Assembly: GCF_001194135.2 (NCBI RefSeq)
Contig: NC_068999.1
Span: forward strand, 7,691,193 to 7,755,192
Reading direction: 5' to 3'
Origin: Octopus bimaculoides
Taxonomy: Eukaryota
Length of the DNA: 64,000 bases
The notes below the pieces were generated by a model that was given only the letters and a program-made list of their open reading frames with translations, was not told where the DNA came from and did no database searches. The stretch's first letter is position 1, and each line of letters starts with the position of its first letter. This document shows, piece after piece, positions 1 to 14,182 of the stretch. The position numbers and the translations under genes are program-made.

Positions 1-37
<37 letters not shown>

Positions 38-138
38 GCCCAAGAGGAAGCACTAAGAACAAACTACATAAAATACAGAATAGACAAACGGTGACACTTT
101 ATGACATATATATGTTTATATATATAAATGTTTATATA

Positions 139-297
139 GGCGCATGCGTGGCTGTATGGTGAGAAGCTTGCTTCCCAACCACATGGTTCTAGATTCAGTC
201 TGACTGCGTGATACTTTGGCCGAGTGTCTCCTGCTATACCCTCGGGTCGACCAAAGCCTTGTGAATGGATTTGAAAGACGTAAACTCAAAGAACCCC
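139..297 (+). mobile_element. tRNA-derived SINE family A, 5' half
   Basis: ggcgcatgcgtggctgtatggtgagaagcttgcttcccaaccacatggttc...ccaaagccttgtgaatggattt matches the head of the fuller copy at 33170. Confidence 0.8.
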
Positions 298-1139
298 TTC
301 GATGTTATTGTCTTATAAATATTACAACGTCACGTGATGGTCCTAAATAATTTCTCCCATTTGTCACGGCTGTTGTTGCAAGAAATCCTTTGTTTTTTTT
401 TTAAATGTTGCCATATTTTATTTTCAAACACATATGTATTTCACACAGAAAATTTTGGCTATTGTCTAATACTTCGCAGAATTTCCAATAACAACCTCAG
501 TAAAGGCTTCCATTATTTTATCGCAGGGAAATCTTCCCATCCTTGAGGTACCACGTGACTTATTGTATTTTCGTTTCCTTTTATGGTCTTCATGGCGATT
601 TTCTACTTATCTTATTTACCACCAAAATATTTCTTTGAGGCCTTTATTTGGACATTCTCAGATTTCATTTTCTCGTTATTTAATTCCTAAAATGCCTGTT
701 ATTTAATTGTTATATAATTCCTTCACACAACAATTTATTCGGATTATTCTTCATTTAATAATCTGTATTCTTCAGGCTTTAACTTTCCTCTGCTGAAAAA
801 AATATTCATTTTTTTTTTCTGTGATTTTAAGAACACAAACGTCTTTAAAATTGAAATTACGTAAAAAGTTGTTTTTTTATCCTATTCTGCTGCCATATAT
901 CAGTCCTTGTTTTCAATCGTATTCGCGTAACAAATTTTTATTTCTGTATTTCGTCATTATTTATTCTCCCCTGAATATTTCGTTTCCAAATAAGATCTGT
1001 TCTTCTCCTTACTTCTTTTATTCCTCACACCCCCTTTTCCACAATTGTTTGTTTTTACTCTGGCGTGGGCGAGAGTGTTTGTGTGACGTAAGTTCTATAT
1101 TTATTTATGGCCATATACGTAGATATGTATGCATCTTGT

Positions 1140-1288
1140 GTAGATGCGTGGTAAGCCATTTCATTCCCAACCATATGGTCCCGGGTTCAGTGCCATTGCG
1201 TAGCAACTTGGAAAGTGAATTTTACGATTGAACCGAGTCAAACAAAGCTTTGTGAGTGTATGTGACCGGTAATAATTGTAAGCCCGTC

Positions 1289-1343
<55 letters not shown>

Positions 1344-1514
1344 TATTTGCGTGTCTTTGTGTGTGTGTGTCTTTGTTTGTTATTCTTACATAGCTGTTAG
1401 TCAAAGGGGACTGGTGGAATGAGTTCCAGGATTTCAAAGATAATTACTAGAATCGATACGTTTGGTTTAGATTCTTCAGCGCCGCCATCCAATAGTTGAA
1501 ACAAGTAAAAAATA
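1140..1514 (+). mobile_element. SINE family A, near full length with internal (TA)n
   Basis: Head cccaaccatatggtcccgggttcagtgccattgcg, internal microsatellite, tail gaaacaagtaaaa. Confidence 0.75.
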
Positions 1515-1639
1515 CATACATAGAGAGATAGATATGTATATTTCATAAATAACAGGGATGTAAACAAACCAACTGTCATTGTCAAACGGTGGAAGAGAAC
1601 AAGTATAGACACAGATACACACATGCACACACACACACA

Positions 1640-1770
1640 CACATATACATCGGGATTCGTTCAGTTTCTGTCTGCCAAATCCAATCACAAGGATTTATTC
1701 AACTCGGGGATGTAGGAGAAGACATCTGTCTAAATCGCCACACAGGAGGATTGAGCCCCATGCCGTGTCG
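1640..1770 (-). mobile_element. SINE family A fragment
   Basis: cagtttctgtctgccaaatccaatcacaagg...gaagaca is the reverse complement of the family A body. Confidence 0.6.
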
Positions 1771-1978
1771 TTGCGAATCAAAATTCTTACCAGGCAACCA
1801 CCGTAATCATAATCATTGTTGTAGCCTTACTATAGCCATTTATCTTCATGCACGTTTGCAAATATACTCAGAACTAAGTTATTATTGTAATTTCAGTTAT
1901 TAGTAAAAAGATAGAAAGTTTCTTCTCTATCTCAATATTGAGATTTATCGTCCTCTCATTCATTCACATCATCTGTTG

Positions 1979-2012
<34 letters not shown>

Positions 2013-2889
2013 NNNNNNNNNNNNNNNNNNNNNNNNNNNNNNNNNNNNNNNNNNNNNNNNNNNNNNNNNNNNNNNNNNNNNNNNNNNNNNNNNNNNNNNN
2101 NNNNNNNNNNNNNNNNNNNNNNNNNNNNNNNNNNNNNNNNNNNNNNNNNNNNNNNNNNNNNNNNNNNNNNNNNNNNNNNNNNNNNNNNNNNNNNNNNNNN
2201 NNNNNNNNNNNNNNNNNNNNNNNNNNNNNNNNNNNNNNNNNNNNNNNNNNNNNNNNNNNNNNNNNNNNNNNNNNNNNNNNNNNNNNNNNNNNNNNNNNNN
2301 NNNNNNNNNNNNNNNNNNNNNNNNNNNNNNNNNNNNNNNNNNNNNNNNNNNNNNNNNNNNNNNNNNNNNNNNNNNNNNNNNNNNNNNNNNNNNNNNNNNN
2401 NNNNNNNNNNNNNNNNNNNNNNNNNNNNNNNNNNNNNNNNNNNNNNNNNNNNNNNNNNNNNNNNNNNNNNNNNNNNNNNNNNNNNNNNNNNNNNNNNNNN
2501 NNNNNNNNNNNNNNNNNNNNNNNNNNNNNNNNNNNNNNNNNNNNNNNNNNNNNNNNNNNNNNNNNNNNNNNNNNNNNNNNNNNNNNNNNNNNNNNNNNNN
2601 NNNNNNNNNNNNNNNNNNNNNNNNNNNNNNNNNNNNNNNNNNNNNNNNNNNNNNNNNNNNNNNNNNNNNNNNNNNNNNNNNNNNNNNNNNNNNNNNNNNN
2701 NNNNNNNNNNNNNNNNNNNNNNNNNNNNNNNNNNNNNNNNNNNNNNNNNNNNNNNNNNNNNNNNNNNNNNNNNNNNNNNNNNNNNNNNNNNNNNNNNNNN
2801 NNNNNNNNNNNNNNNNNNNNNNNNNNNNNNNNNNNNNNNNNNNNNNNNNNNNNNNNNNNNNNNNNNNNNNNNNNNNNNNNNNNNNNNNN

Positions 2890-2927
<38 letters not shown>

Positions 2928-3935
2928 CATATAACGCCTAAACTTTAATATTTACAATTAGCTCTCTAACACAGTCAATACATAAATTCAATTTAATGTA
3001 GAATCGTTGGTGCCTCGTACGCTTCCTTGTTAAGTATGTGTCAAATATTACCCATACTGATATGAAGAGAACGAATAATATTATTAAATGAACGTTTATA
3101 GTTCAAAGCAAATGCTGTTAGGATATCATCAGCAGATTATTCATACAGCAACCTATTAATTTGTTTTCCCGTTTATGTTTAGAAGTTCATTTTACGTATA
3201 GCACCATAATGAACTATTACACCAAGATTAAAGGATCGATGGAGACTTATTGTGATGAGCTACGCTTTTTCCAGCAGAATAAATTGATGTTAAATTGGCC
3301 TGAATGCATAAAGTGAGTTGGAAATCACTTACGGTTGATTGAGGACACGTCAAATCAAAATAACTATATGAACGAATGTGGTATATACAATTAGTTTTCC
3401 GATGGCACTGGAAACGAACTAAATATACCAGTTTGATTTTCAACACACGTATGAGAACAAACACTTAGCAATGTAGCGTAGCGTGGTTTATAAAGTCGCC
3501 TTGATTTCATTGATAAATATTTTAAAATAACTACTTAACATGTTGAAATAGTGTATTGGAGCACTTGCAATATAACTAAAGGATTCGGTAAGCGAAGTCC
3601 TCACAGAAAATATAACCAGAGCTACAAATAAATACAGGGGTAGACTTGTTCGAATAAATCTTTGAAGGCGGTGAGATAGGGTGGCCGCATTCTTATGAGT
3701 GAAATTGGTGAAAGATAAAAGATACACACCACCAAGGTTTAATGATTGTACATTGGCAATCATATAAGAATCTACTTCGTTAATCCCTTGTATATTGTTG
3801 CTGTTTTGAAATGTGCATGGAACCAAGGTTCATTATTTGTATTGTTTCTCAAGTCACGCAATATATGCCATTATTGAATTTCTTTCATACTGACACTGGT
3901 CTCCTGCATTTTGATTCCAGAAGTGATTGTGCCGT

Positions 3936-4007
<72 letters not shown>

Positions 4008-4305
4008 TATATAGTTAATTCGAGGAAATTATATCCTTATTAGGGATTATATAATCCAAAATATTCCACTGGTTGGTCTCTATCGTATCAAGCGAAAGTC
4101 ATAGGTTCATGTTAGGGATTATTGAAATTATATATTATCGATATTGAGAGGAAAAGAAGAAAATGGAGAAATAATAGATGTATGAATTATTTATTTGTAT
4201 GTTATAAACTGATGAAAATTTCTTTTAAAAAACAACGGTACAAATAAATTGATTACAAGGTGTAAAGCTAAAAAAACCCAGATAAATGAATCTATATATA
4301 TATAT

Positions 4306-4592
4306 GTTAGTATTATCATCCAGTTGATCAGAATTTCCAAGTATCTCGTTATATGCTAAGGAATGTATCATATTCTTCCTATAAGGTGATATGACCTCTT
4401 CAGTGTTAATTCAGAGCTCACCGAACTTGGGTATTCTGTATGCATCCTTCAAAACGAAAATGATTACCTTAGTTCCATAAGCTCTTTATTAAACCTAAAG
4501 AGGTTCTACCACCATATAGTTACAATATAATACCTTCCTTAGCATTTAACGAAATGCTTAGAAATTCTGATCAACTGGATGATAGGACTAAC
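4306..4592. repeat. Diverged foldback element, two ~121-bp inverted arms
   Basis: tatcatccagttgatcagaatttccaag (4314) pairs with cttagaaattctgatcaactggatgata (to 4584); complementarity continues inward to 4426/4472. Confidence 0.85.
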
Positions 4593-5007
4593 ACATGTAT
4601 ATAGGTTCCTCTATTTTATTTTTTGAGCTGTACAACTTGTAATCAATTTATTTGTACTGTTATGTTTTTGAAAGAAGTTTTAATCATTTTATAATATACA
4701 AATAAATTATTCATACATCTATTATTTGTCCATTTTATTTACCCCTCCCCCTATATATATATATATATTCATACAGACACAGGGTAAAAATTAATAATTA
4801 GCTAATAATTAGTAATTTCAGCAAGTAGTTCGGTGTGTTAAAACCATTATCGGTAAATTCATATAAACATAAACATAATTAAAATTTAGGGTTCAGCAGG
4901 CATTGCTTCACCACACACCGAAAATTAGAAATAGCAGCCAAAACTTTGGAGGAATTGTTATGTGAATACATATACATTTATATGAAACATACGCAGAAAT
5001 GCGTCTG

Positions 5008-5042
<35 letters not shown>

Positions 5043-5249
5043 TCATCATCATCATTATCGTTTAACGTCGACCTTCAATGCATGCATGGGTGGGACGGTA
5101 GACTGGCCAGGTTCCTGTTTACCGTCCTACCCATTGAAAATTTTGTTGAACGTTGGGGAGAAGTTGTAGACAACAAGTGTGAATGTATTATTGATTAATT
5201 AGTTGTTATTTTTTTATTAGAACTTTAAAAAAATTTAAATTTAAAAAAA

Positions 5250-5480
5250 ACGGCGGGAACTTAGATGCCAACCCAATAGAATGCCTGGTGATATCTCACG
5301 AATGTTGTGTACAGCGAAGGCAAGCAGTATCCATCTGTTAATGAACTTGAAAGCCAATAAAAAGATAAAAAGTCTTCGGATAAGTTCGCACTTGACCTGC
5401 AGCAGAAGTTGCTTGAGAGCATGAAATTGCGTGTCTTTGAAGTAATTCAGAAAGGTGGTATTCAAACACGCTATTGTTGG
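5250..5480 (+). mobile_element. Tc1/Tc3-like transposase C-terminal relic
   Basis: Disrupted reading resembling NPIENAW.YL..VVYSEGKQYPSVNEL...LLESMKLRVFEVIQKGG, typical of a DDE_3 C-terminus; contains stops and a frameshift. Confidence 0.65.
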
Positions 5481-6692
5481 TGTATTACATGAAAATTTCA
5501 TTGAAAGATATCATAATTTGCTTGTTTAGCATTATCTTTACAACATTTCTCAACCTAGCCTTATAGTTTTCAATATGCTTTTATGTTTTTTTTAACTATT
5601 ATCTAATTTAGTTTTGGATATCAATAAATTTGAATATTACAATGCCTTCTTCTATTCCATTTCCTATCTAGAGGTGGTTTCCAAAAATTTGGGTTGTTTA
5701 GTTCGCCAGAAAAAAAAACAGACAGTTCTCTGGATTTATAGTTTTGAAGAGCAGTTTACATCAATATGAGTTTGAGATGCTTCAATCTCATATTGATATT
5801 GAAGCACACTTTAAGTATTTAAGAATTAATTCAATTAATTCAAGCATGGAGCATACCCATCGGTCTGAGTTCGCTTCACTGGGACGCCAGGAAAATTTGT
5901 TCCTGATTCTCTGAGAGAGATTCATTAGAAATTTACCCAGTCTTTAATAATTGTATTTGTAATTTGTTCAATTTTAATTAAAAAGTAATTATTTAACATT
6001 AACATATAAAATGCACCCAACCATTAATCATATTTTGATACAATTAGAAATAACCAAATTCCAAAAAAAAAAAAAAAAATTCTAATTATTAATCTTAAAA
6101 ACAACTTTTTTTTTTCTCAGACATAAGATATTTATAGCTCTCACTGTAATTAGCTACTGCTTATTTTTCCTTATTTTGTTTTCAGTAAAATTCTAATTAA
6201 CAACAAATTAACAAACTCGGCAAAATAAAATTAATTTCTTAAAAAGTAAAATCTTAGCAGTTTTGAAATTCGGTGCCAAACAATAATGTATTTCTGAGAC
6301 ACACAATTTCAAATTTATGAATTTCAATATATGACTTGATTACGTTAATCTCTTTGTTAACCACGAAACTAAGTATTAAACATGCTANNNNNNNNNNNNN
6401 NNNNNNNNNNNNNNNNNNNNNNNNNNNNNNNNNNNNNNNNNNNNNNNNNNNNNNNNNNNNNNNNGTTAACGCAACTGTAGATCCAAAATCGAGAAGAAGT
6501 CGTGAATGTTCTCATCTACATTTTCTTTGATTATAATGTCTCTTAGCAATTAAGTGTGATGAGAGGCATAACGTATTAGTCAGTTGAAATTGTTTTTGTT
6601 CGAGAATAAAATTCCCCCAAAATGAATGTTAGATTAAAAACAAACAAAAATAATTTATAAACAGAAAGCGTAATCAATATTTATTTTCTGAC

Positions 6693-6836
6693 AAGGCGAC
6701 GAGCTGGCAGAAACGTTAGCACGCCGGGGCGAAATGCTTAGCGATATTTCGTCTACCGCTACGTTCTGAGTTCAAATTCCGCCGAGCTCGACTTTGCCTT
6801 TCATCCTTTGGGGGTCGATTAAATAAGTACCAGTTA
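6693..6836 (+). mobile_element. tRNA-derived SINE family B
   Basis: ggcgacgagctggcagaaacgttagcacgccggggcgaaatgcttagc...gagttcaaattccgccgag; A/B-box-like; many copies in the window. Confidence 0.85.
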
Positions 6837-8616
6837 TTTAAAAATAGCCGATGTAAATGATGAATGGTTGATTGAAATCTTCATTCATGCATCGAAGAAA
6901 GAAAGAAAGAAAGAGAGAGGAGATAGGGGAGTAAAAAGAGAGAGGGGAGTAAAAAAGAGAGAAGGAGAGGCTAAAATTAATGATATGCAAGATGGATGTT
7001 TGACAGAGATGACAGGAGGACAAAAAAAAAGAGAAGTAAATGGCAAAGTAGTTACAAGGAGATTTGTTTTTATCTTAAAGTAATAAATATTTTTTCTTTT
7101 GAAAATTTGTATTTATTTCAACATTTTGAATAATTACCGAAACATTTGATAATATTTAAATTATAATTATTGCCACAATATAATGATGGCAGAAGTAAAA
7201 CTTCCAAAAGTCACTAGTCACATAACAGGTAACTTTGGTAAATGAAACGAAATAATGCTCCACTCAACACTTGGTCCTCATTCCTAACCAGGCTGGCAAA
7301 TTATCTGATTGGATACAATGTTTTGCAGTATCTGTTCCGGATCTTCCGCTTTCAATTCAAATACCGTTGAGATCAGCGTTGCCTTTAATCCTGTCGGGGA
7401 TGAAGAATAATTTATCAGTTTAGTGCAGGGAATCTTTTAAAGATTGTAGTAATAATATATTGAACGGCCATGTCGAGTTAAGTCAGCCATATTTGTTTTT
7501 CTATACTTAATTCATACATATTTGGTATATGATTGAACATCTACAACCACAAGACATTTAAAAGTAAATAACAATAAGGATCGGTAACTCTAACAGAATT
7601 CTATTAGGGGTAAGAAACGCTCTTTTTTTTGTCATCATTATGTGTAAATTTATTACTACACAGCAAAAAAAAAAAAAGGTATTTAGCGATTTTTTTTCTT
7701 TCAGATTTAAGTGAGTTCCTGTGCCGCTGAGGTCGACTGTACCTTTTACACTTTCAGGGGTTGATAAAATAAGTACCCGTCCAACACTTTGGCAATGAAA
7801 TCGACTGGACCACTCCCCGCAAAATTTCAGGCGTTGTGTCTATAGTAAAAAAGATTATTATGTTAATTTTGTATCTCCTTTCTATACTAATAGGTCGCCA
7901 GCGTAATGCATTTTAAAATACGGTTAAAGGGGTCATGAATTTATCTAAATCATTTAACCTAAGTTAGACAATGTGAGAAGAAAAGCAAAGATATCGAAAA
8001 GAAACAGAAGCAAAAAAAGCAAATTTTATTTTTCAAACAGACGGACGAAAAAATGTAAGTGAATAAAGTTTTTACAAAATTATCCCCCTTCATAGTGATG
8101 CAAACATAAGGTCATGGAATACCATGACATTTAGAAGAAAGAATTTTGCACTCAAATCATTTCCTCCTTTATTTCTGTAGAATAATTTTGGCGAGAAAAA
8201 TATTCTGTTTTTCCATTTCTTGAATATTATTGAAGAAAACACTATCACGAATCTGTTTGCTTTTAATTTTAGATATTCCTCAAGTTCTATATATTTTTTT
8301 TCATTCGATATTATCAACTTTTTTTCGGATATTACCGAATACACTATCACTTTCATTGAAGGTATAGAACCTAAGTTTCTTTCATATTTGTGAAATATTC
8401 TATTTTTCCAGTTTTCTTTATTATTTGTTTATTTTCATTTTTTGTGGTGTGTCAGCTGTGGTGTCTTGAAAACTGAATTCTACAATTATATCAATATAAA
8501 TGTATAAACTTAAAATTCCTCGTCCATATGTAAGACTTAGTTATATAAATGTATATCATTGTTACCAAGTACTGTTAACTTTACGACATATATATATATA
8601 TATATACATACATATA

Positions 8617-8652
<36 letters not shown>

Positions 8653-9112
8653 NNNNNNNNNNNNNNNNNNNNNNNNNNNNNNNNNNNNNNNNNNNNNNNN
8701 NNNNNNNNNNNNNNNNNNNNNNNNNNNNNNNNNNNNNNNNNNNNNNNNNNNNNNNNNNNNNNNNNNNNNNNNNNNNNNNNNNNNNNNNNNNNNNNNNNNN
8801 NNNNNNNNNNNNNNNNNNNNNNNNNNNNNNNNNNNNNNNNNNNNNNNNNNNNNNNNNNNNNNNNNNNNNNNNNNNNNNNNNNNNNNNNNNNNNNNNNNNN
8901 NNNNNNNNNNNNNNNNNNNNNNNNNNNNNNNNNNNNNNNNNNNNNNNNNNNNNNNNNNNNNNNNNNNNNNNNNNNNNNNNNNNNNNNNNNNNNNNNNNNN
9001 NNNNNNNNNNNNNNNNNNNNNNNNNNNNNNNNNNNNNNNNNNNNNNNNNNNNNNNNNNNNNNNNNNNNNNNNNNNNNNNNNNNNNNNNNNNNNNNNNNNN
9101 NNNNNNNNNNNN

Positions 9113-9144
<32 letters not shown>

Positions 9145-9171
9145 GTATATATGTATATATATAGATATATA

Positions 9172-9335
9172 CGACAGGCTTCTTTCAGTTTCCGTCTACC
9201 AAATCCACTCACAAGGCTTTGGTCGGCGCGAAGCTATAGCAGAAGACACTTGCCCAAGCTGCCACGCAGTGGGACTGAACCAGCAACCATGTTGTTGGTA
9301 AGCAAGGTACTTACCACACAGCCACTCCTGCGCCT
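9172..9335 (-). mobile_element. SINE family A 5' half
   Basis: ttcagtttccgtctaccaaatccactcacaaggctttggtcggc...cacagccactcctgcgcc. Confidence 0.85.
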
Positions 9336-11283
9336 CCACAGAGCCACTCCTGCGCCTCCATACAGTCACTCCTGCGACTACTATATATATATAGGTTTAA
9401 AATAGCAACCTGTGTTGCTTATTTAATGTTGATTAACCGAGTAAAAAGGCCTAATATATCGTAGGGTTCGAGAGAAGCAAACTAATGTAGGAGAAGCCAA
9501 AATTGAACTCAGCATGATCTGAACAGAGCCTGTAGAGGGGCGGAACTAATGCAGTAAATTATTCTACAGATTGTCACTAACTACTCTGACAATTCTATAT
9601 CTTCTGCAAAAATTAATTGTGACAAATGTTTTGCCAAAAGCTGCAGGATAGTAATTTAGCTTGGGAGCTACAATGAAGAAAGACTGAAAAACAGAGCAAT
9701 GTGATACGGCATTCTATCGTTAATAAATAATTCAGCAAAGGCGGACAATTTGTAAAGATATCTATCATTAACTATTGTGTAATTACAGAATTATCTCACG
9801 CTGATAGAAATAAGTAGTTAGACGAAGTGGTAAGAAGTTTTGCCAAGATTTTGTCGTGTAATGTTTTAATGAGTAATAATAATAGCCATCACTTGGAACT
9901 CAAACATTCATTTAAGAGAATATATTCACTTATTCAATGTATAGCTTAATCTTTCTTGTCATATTTTGCTATTGTTCTTTCTCTTTCATTGTTTCGTTCA
10001 AACTATTTCTTTCTCCCTCTCCGCCTTTCAAGAGACACTCAGAAACATAGATACGAGCGTAAAAATGTGTCTGTGTATGTGTATATGATTATGTCTTTAT
10101 ATTATATCGTAGATTTCAAATAATACCACACGATTAGTGTTATATGTATGATAGACACCCTATTATAACATAATGCCAGTAGTAAGAAAGAGGCAACTTG
10201 AATCGAATTGCACGTGTCAAGAGGCCAGCCATGATATCTATGAAATGCTGGCGATGTGTCAAGTGTAGCTAAACACCAAGTCACGCGGTAGTAAGGCACG
10301 AACAAATCCTGAAAGCCTGAAAGCTGCAGACTCTGGTTTAGAACTCCGACTGACTTGTACAGACCAGTACATTTGATCATTTGTTTTGAAATTTCTAACC
10401 TGCCACAGACATAAGTATGTCTCAAACGTTAATGAAAATTCCAATTGTTCTTTTATTCGAAACTAGATGTTCCTACCCTTCCGTCCCAGAATTTCAATAT
10501 ATTTCCGATCAAGAGCGACACCACCACTACCATATATATATATATATATATATCAGCTAAAATAATAAAAGATAGAAAAAGAAATTTGTTGATTATGTAA
10601 TCATTTTTTATAGAATTCCACAAAATTTATGAACAAACGCATACTTTATCCATCCATCCATCCATCCATCCATCCATCCATCCATCCATCCATCCATCTT
10701 GGGTGTAGAATTATCAGGAACCTAGTGCATGGGGTGCTATCAGTAGTAAATGTCATTAGCTTTTCTGGTTTGATTTCCAAGCGTGGCCAATTGAGACTTT
10801 GGACATTATCCAACCATTTGGTTCTTGGTCAATTCCAGCAAAATTCTAATCACAAAATAATAACAAAATAAACCACTTGGGAAGTAACAGCATTCACTTA
10901 GTTTCAGATTGTTGGCGTGATTTAACTCCAGCGTTGGCAATATTATTAGAGACAAAACGATCATATCTTAGCAAGTATTAAAAGTTAATAGGAAACGTCA
11001 TTAATAGCGATTTAATCCGGAAACATCGAGTGGTAGGGTCAACAAAAATCGATGTTTAGTTAGGAAGTTTATTGTTTTAAAGTAAACATAAAGGATTAAA
11101 ACGGAAATATGAAGAAAAGTGATTAATAAAAAATGGATTGCAGTCATGATTTTAATAAACGATTTAAAAGAAGAAATCTATATCGCCATACACAAATATA
11201 CGCGTGTGCGCGCGGGTTACGCATATACATACATTGCGTACACAGACACATACACTGGCACACAAATAGAAAATAAGGATATA

Positions 11284-11500
11284 CAAGGTGCGATGGGTAA
11301 ATTATCGCCATTCTATATTTTTAATTTCGCCAATGCCCATTGTTTTTTTTTTATTTTGTCGACTCCACAGCATAGTTGGGTCAGTTGGGTACTGTCTGTG
11401 AGAAAAACAGCACAATGACGCAATTCATTCTGCCAGAAATTTGGAAACGACAAGCTGTACTACTTGGCATTCGTGCCGGAAACCCCGATACGAACATTTT
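11284..11500 (+). mobile_element. Tc1/mariner 5' end fragment (TIR plus transposase N-terminus)
   Basis: ta|caaggtgcgatgggtaaatt; reads MTQFILPEIWKRQAVLLGIRAG; homologous to 63360-63570. Confidence 0.7.
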
Positions 11501-11562
11501 TGTTATAGATCCTATGCGCATCTAATCATTATGGTGATAGCTATGTCCTTAATATGTATATA

Positions 11563-11596
<34 letters not shown>

Positions 11597-14150
11597 GATT
11601 ATTATTATTATTATTATTGTTCATTCCTCGATACTCCAGCCCACACAGCTGTAATTCAGTGACCTTCAGACGGACGGATGTTCTGTCCAAGGCTGTGATA
11701 TCAGTTAAAAGTATTCCCAATGCTGTTGTTGCTATTATTATTGTTGTTATTATTATTACTAGGTAACGAGACAATAGCACTCATTAACATTTAGACAGTA
11801 ATGTCTAAGTGTTAATGATGATGAAAAGTGTTTTATGACGTTTTTGTAGTTTTATTTTCTCCCTACAGATTTCGTTTATCGTTCTTGAAACTTAAATAAA
11901 ATTTCAACTCTACAAACATATGAAAAGTGCCAAGTAGAAAAAAAAAAAGACAACCCAATAATGTCTTAAATAAAATCTGAAGTTATCTTGTACTTAAAAA
12001 CTGTTACCCAAACGCATTTATTTATTAAGTATTACTCAAGTGCATTTATTTATAAAGCACAGATATTCAGATGACTGTAAAACACGACGAAAGTACAACC
12101 ACAGATTGTCAGAAGAGAATACATATTACATACTTCAAAGATAGGAGAGAAAAAAAAAAGTAGCAGAAAAACTTATCTATTTCTTTGCAATCATGTTCAA
12201 GACGAGGAGGAGCGATAACAAGCTAATTAGGAATAATTAGCAATCAGATATCGTAACTTCAGGCGATGATTATATATTCTGATGTTTAAGGCAATAATCT
12301 ATGAGGTTAGACCAATTAGGAAAATGATTATTCTAAACTTCCAAAACTATTATTTAATTATTTTTGTGCACGGAGGTATATTTTTCTGTAGTTTTTTTAA
12401 AAATATAATTTTTATTGAAAATAGAATGAAATCAACGCCTACGTCAAGACTGATTTAAAATCGATGGTAGATGAAAAAAAAAATCGAGACAAAATTTGGC
12501 TTCGGCTTAATTGAAGATAAATAATATATAGATTGGTAAATACTCCGTCTTTTTCTCTCTGCGTCTATGTGTGTTTGTGTGTGACAATGTGTCTGTGTGT
12601 GCACGTGTGTGTCTATAAGTGTGCGTGAATGTGTGTGTGTATGTGAGTACGTGTGTGTGTGTGTGTGAAAGTATGAGTTTTTGTTCGTTTGTCTCTATTT
12701 AACCACTGATGTTGGCATGTGTTAAATCTGCATGACTTAACTGCTAGACAAAATGGCGACGATAGAAAATGTACCAAGCTTAACATTATCACCGGAACCC
12801 ATTTGTTTGACCAACCGTTTCAGATATATATATATATATATATATANNNNNNNNNNNNNNNNNNNNNNNNNNNNNNNNNNNNNNNNNNNNNNNNNNNNNN
12901 NNNNNNNNNNNNNNNNNNNNNNNNNNNNNNNNNNNNNNNNNNNNNNNNNNNNNNNNNNNNNNNNNNNNNNNNNNNNNNNNNNNNNNNNNNNNNNNNNNNN
13001 NNNNNNNNNNNNNNNNNNNNNNNNNNNNNNNNNNNNNNNNNNNNNNNNNNNNNNNNNNNNNNNNNNNNNNNNNNNNNNNNNNNNNNNNNNNNNNNNNNNN
13101 NNNNNNNNNNNNNNNNNNNNNNNNNNNNNNNNNNNNNNNNNNNNNNNNNNNNNNNNNNNNNNNNNNNNNNNNNNNNNNNNNNNNNNNNNNNNNNNNNNNN
13201 NNNNNNNNNNNNNNNNNNNNNNNNNNNNNNNNNNNNNNNNNNNNNNNNNNNNNNNNNNNNNNNNNNNNNNNNNNNNNNNNNNNNNNNNNNNNNNNNNNNN
13301 NNNTATATATATATATATATATATATATCATCGTTGTCGTCGTGGCTGTCATCCACCTCCTCCCTGTCTTCCACCTCCTTCTTATCATCCTCCTCATCGT
13401 CATCGCCACCATCATATTCCATCAACATCGTCATTACCATCATCGTAGTTTGGTCTGTTCAGAGCTATCACCGTATTCCTCGTCGTCGTCATCATCATCA
13501 TCATCATCATCATCATGAGTATCATTGTCGTCGTTATCTATTTTGTCCGTAGCCATCTTGTAATTTCAGTAACTTCTAAAAACATAATCTGCATTAACAA
13601 TGAAAGTTTATGCAACGAAAGAAAATTCTTGCGGGGTCTGAGACGACGTAATTCTACGAATTTATGTTTGTTTGACAATTAGAAAAATGATTAGTGTAAA
13701 AATTTATGAGAAGAAGTGTATTTTTAGAAGGTTTTAATAGTCAAAGGAAAGAATTTTGACGGGGATGGCAACGACGAGTATAATAAAGACAGTGGTGGTG
13801 GATGCTGGTTTGAAAGTGGGGTTAAAGATGGGTGATGATGATGATGGTGATGCCAGTGATAGTAATGGTGGTGGTGGTGGTGGTGGTGGTGGTGGAGGAG
13901 GGAATAGAGGCAGTTGTGATGGTGGAGCTGCCGGTGTTGATGATGAAAATGACGATGACGACGACGACAACGGCGTTGATTTTACAATATTAGAAACGGA
14001 ACGTTTCAGAGACCGAAAACGCTAAACACAGGCGCGCGCGCACGCACACACGCACACACACACACACACACGCACATATATACACAAACACAGATACGTA
14101 CACACACATACACACACACCTACACACATGCACACACACACACATATATG

Positions 14151-14182
<32 letters not shown>

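Noticed and set aside
3488-3826. 112-aa minus ORF with ANVQSLN (FN3 second half or LINE endonuclease start)
   Set aside because: Both readings rest on a few residues; the splice donor is weak and no continuing motifs were found
8090-8450. Both-strand open frames in AT-rich DNA
   Set aside because: Lys/Ile/Phe-biased, typical of AT-rich noise with a partial internal duplication
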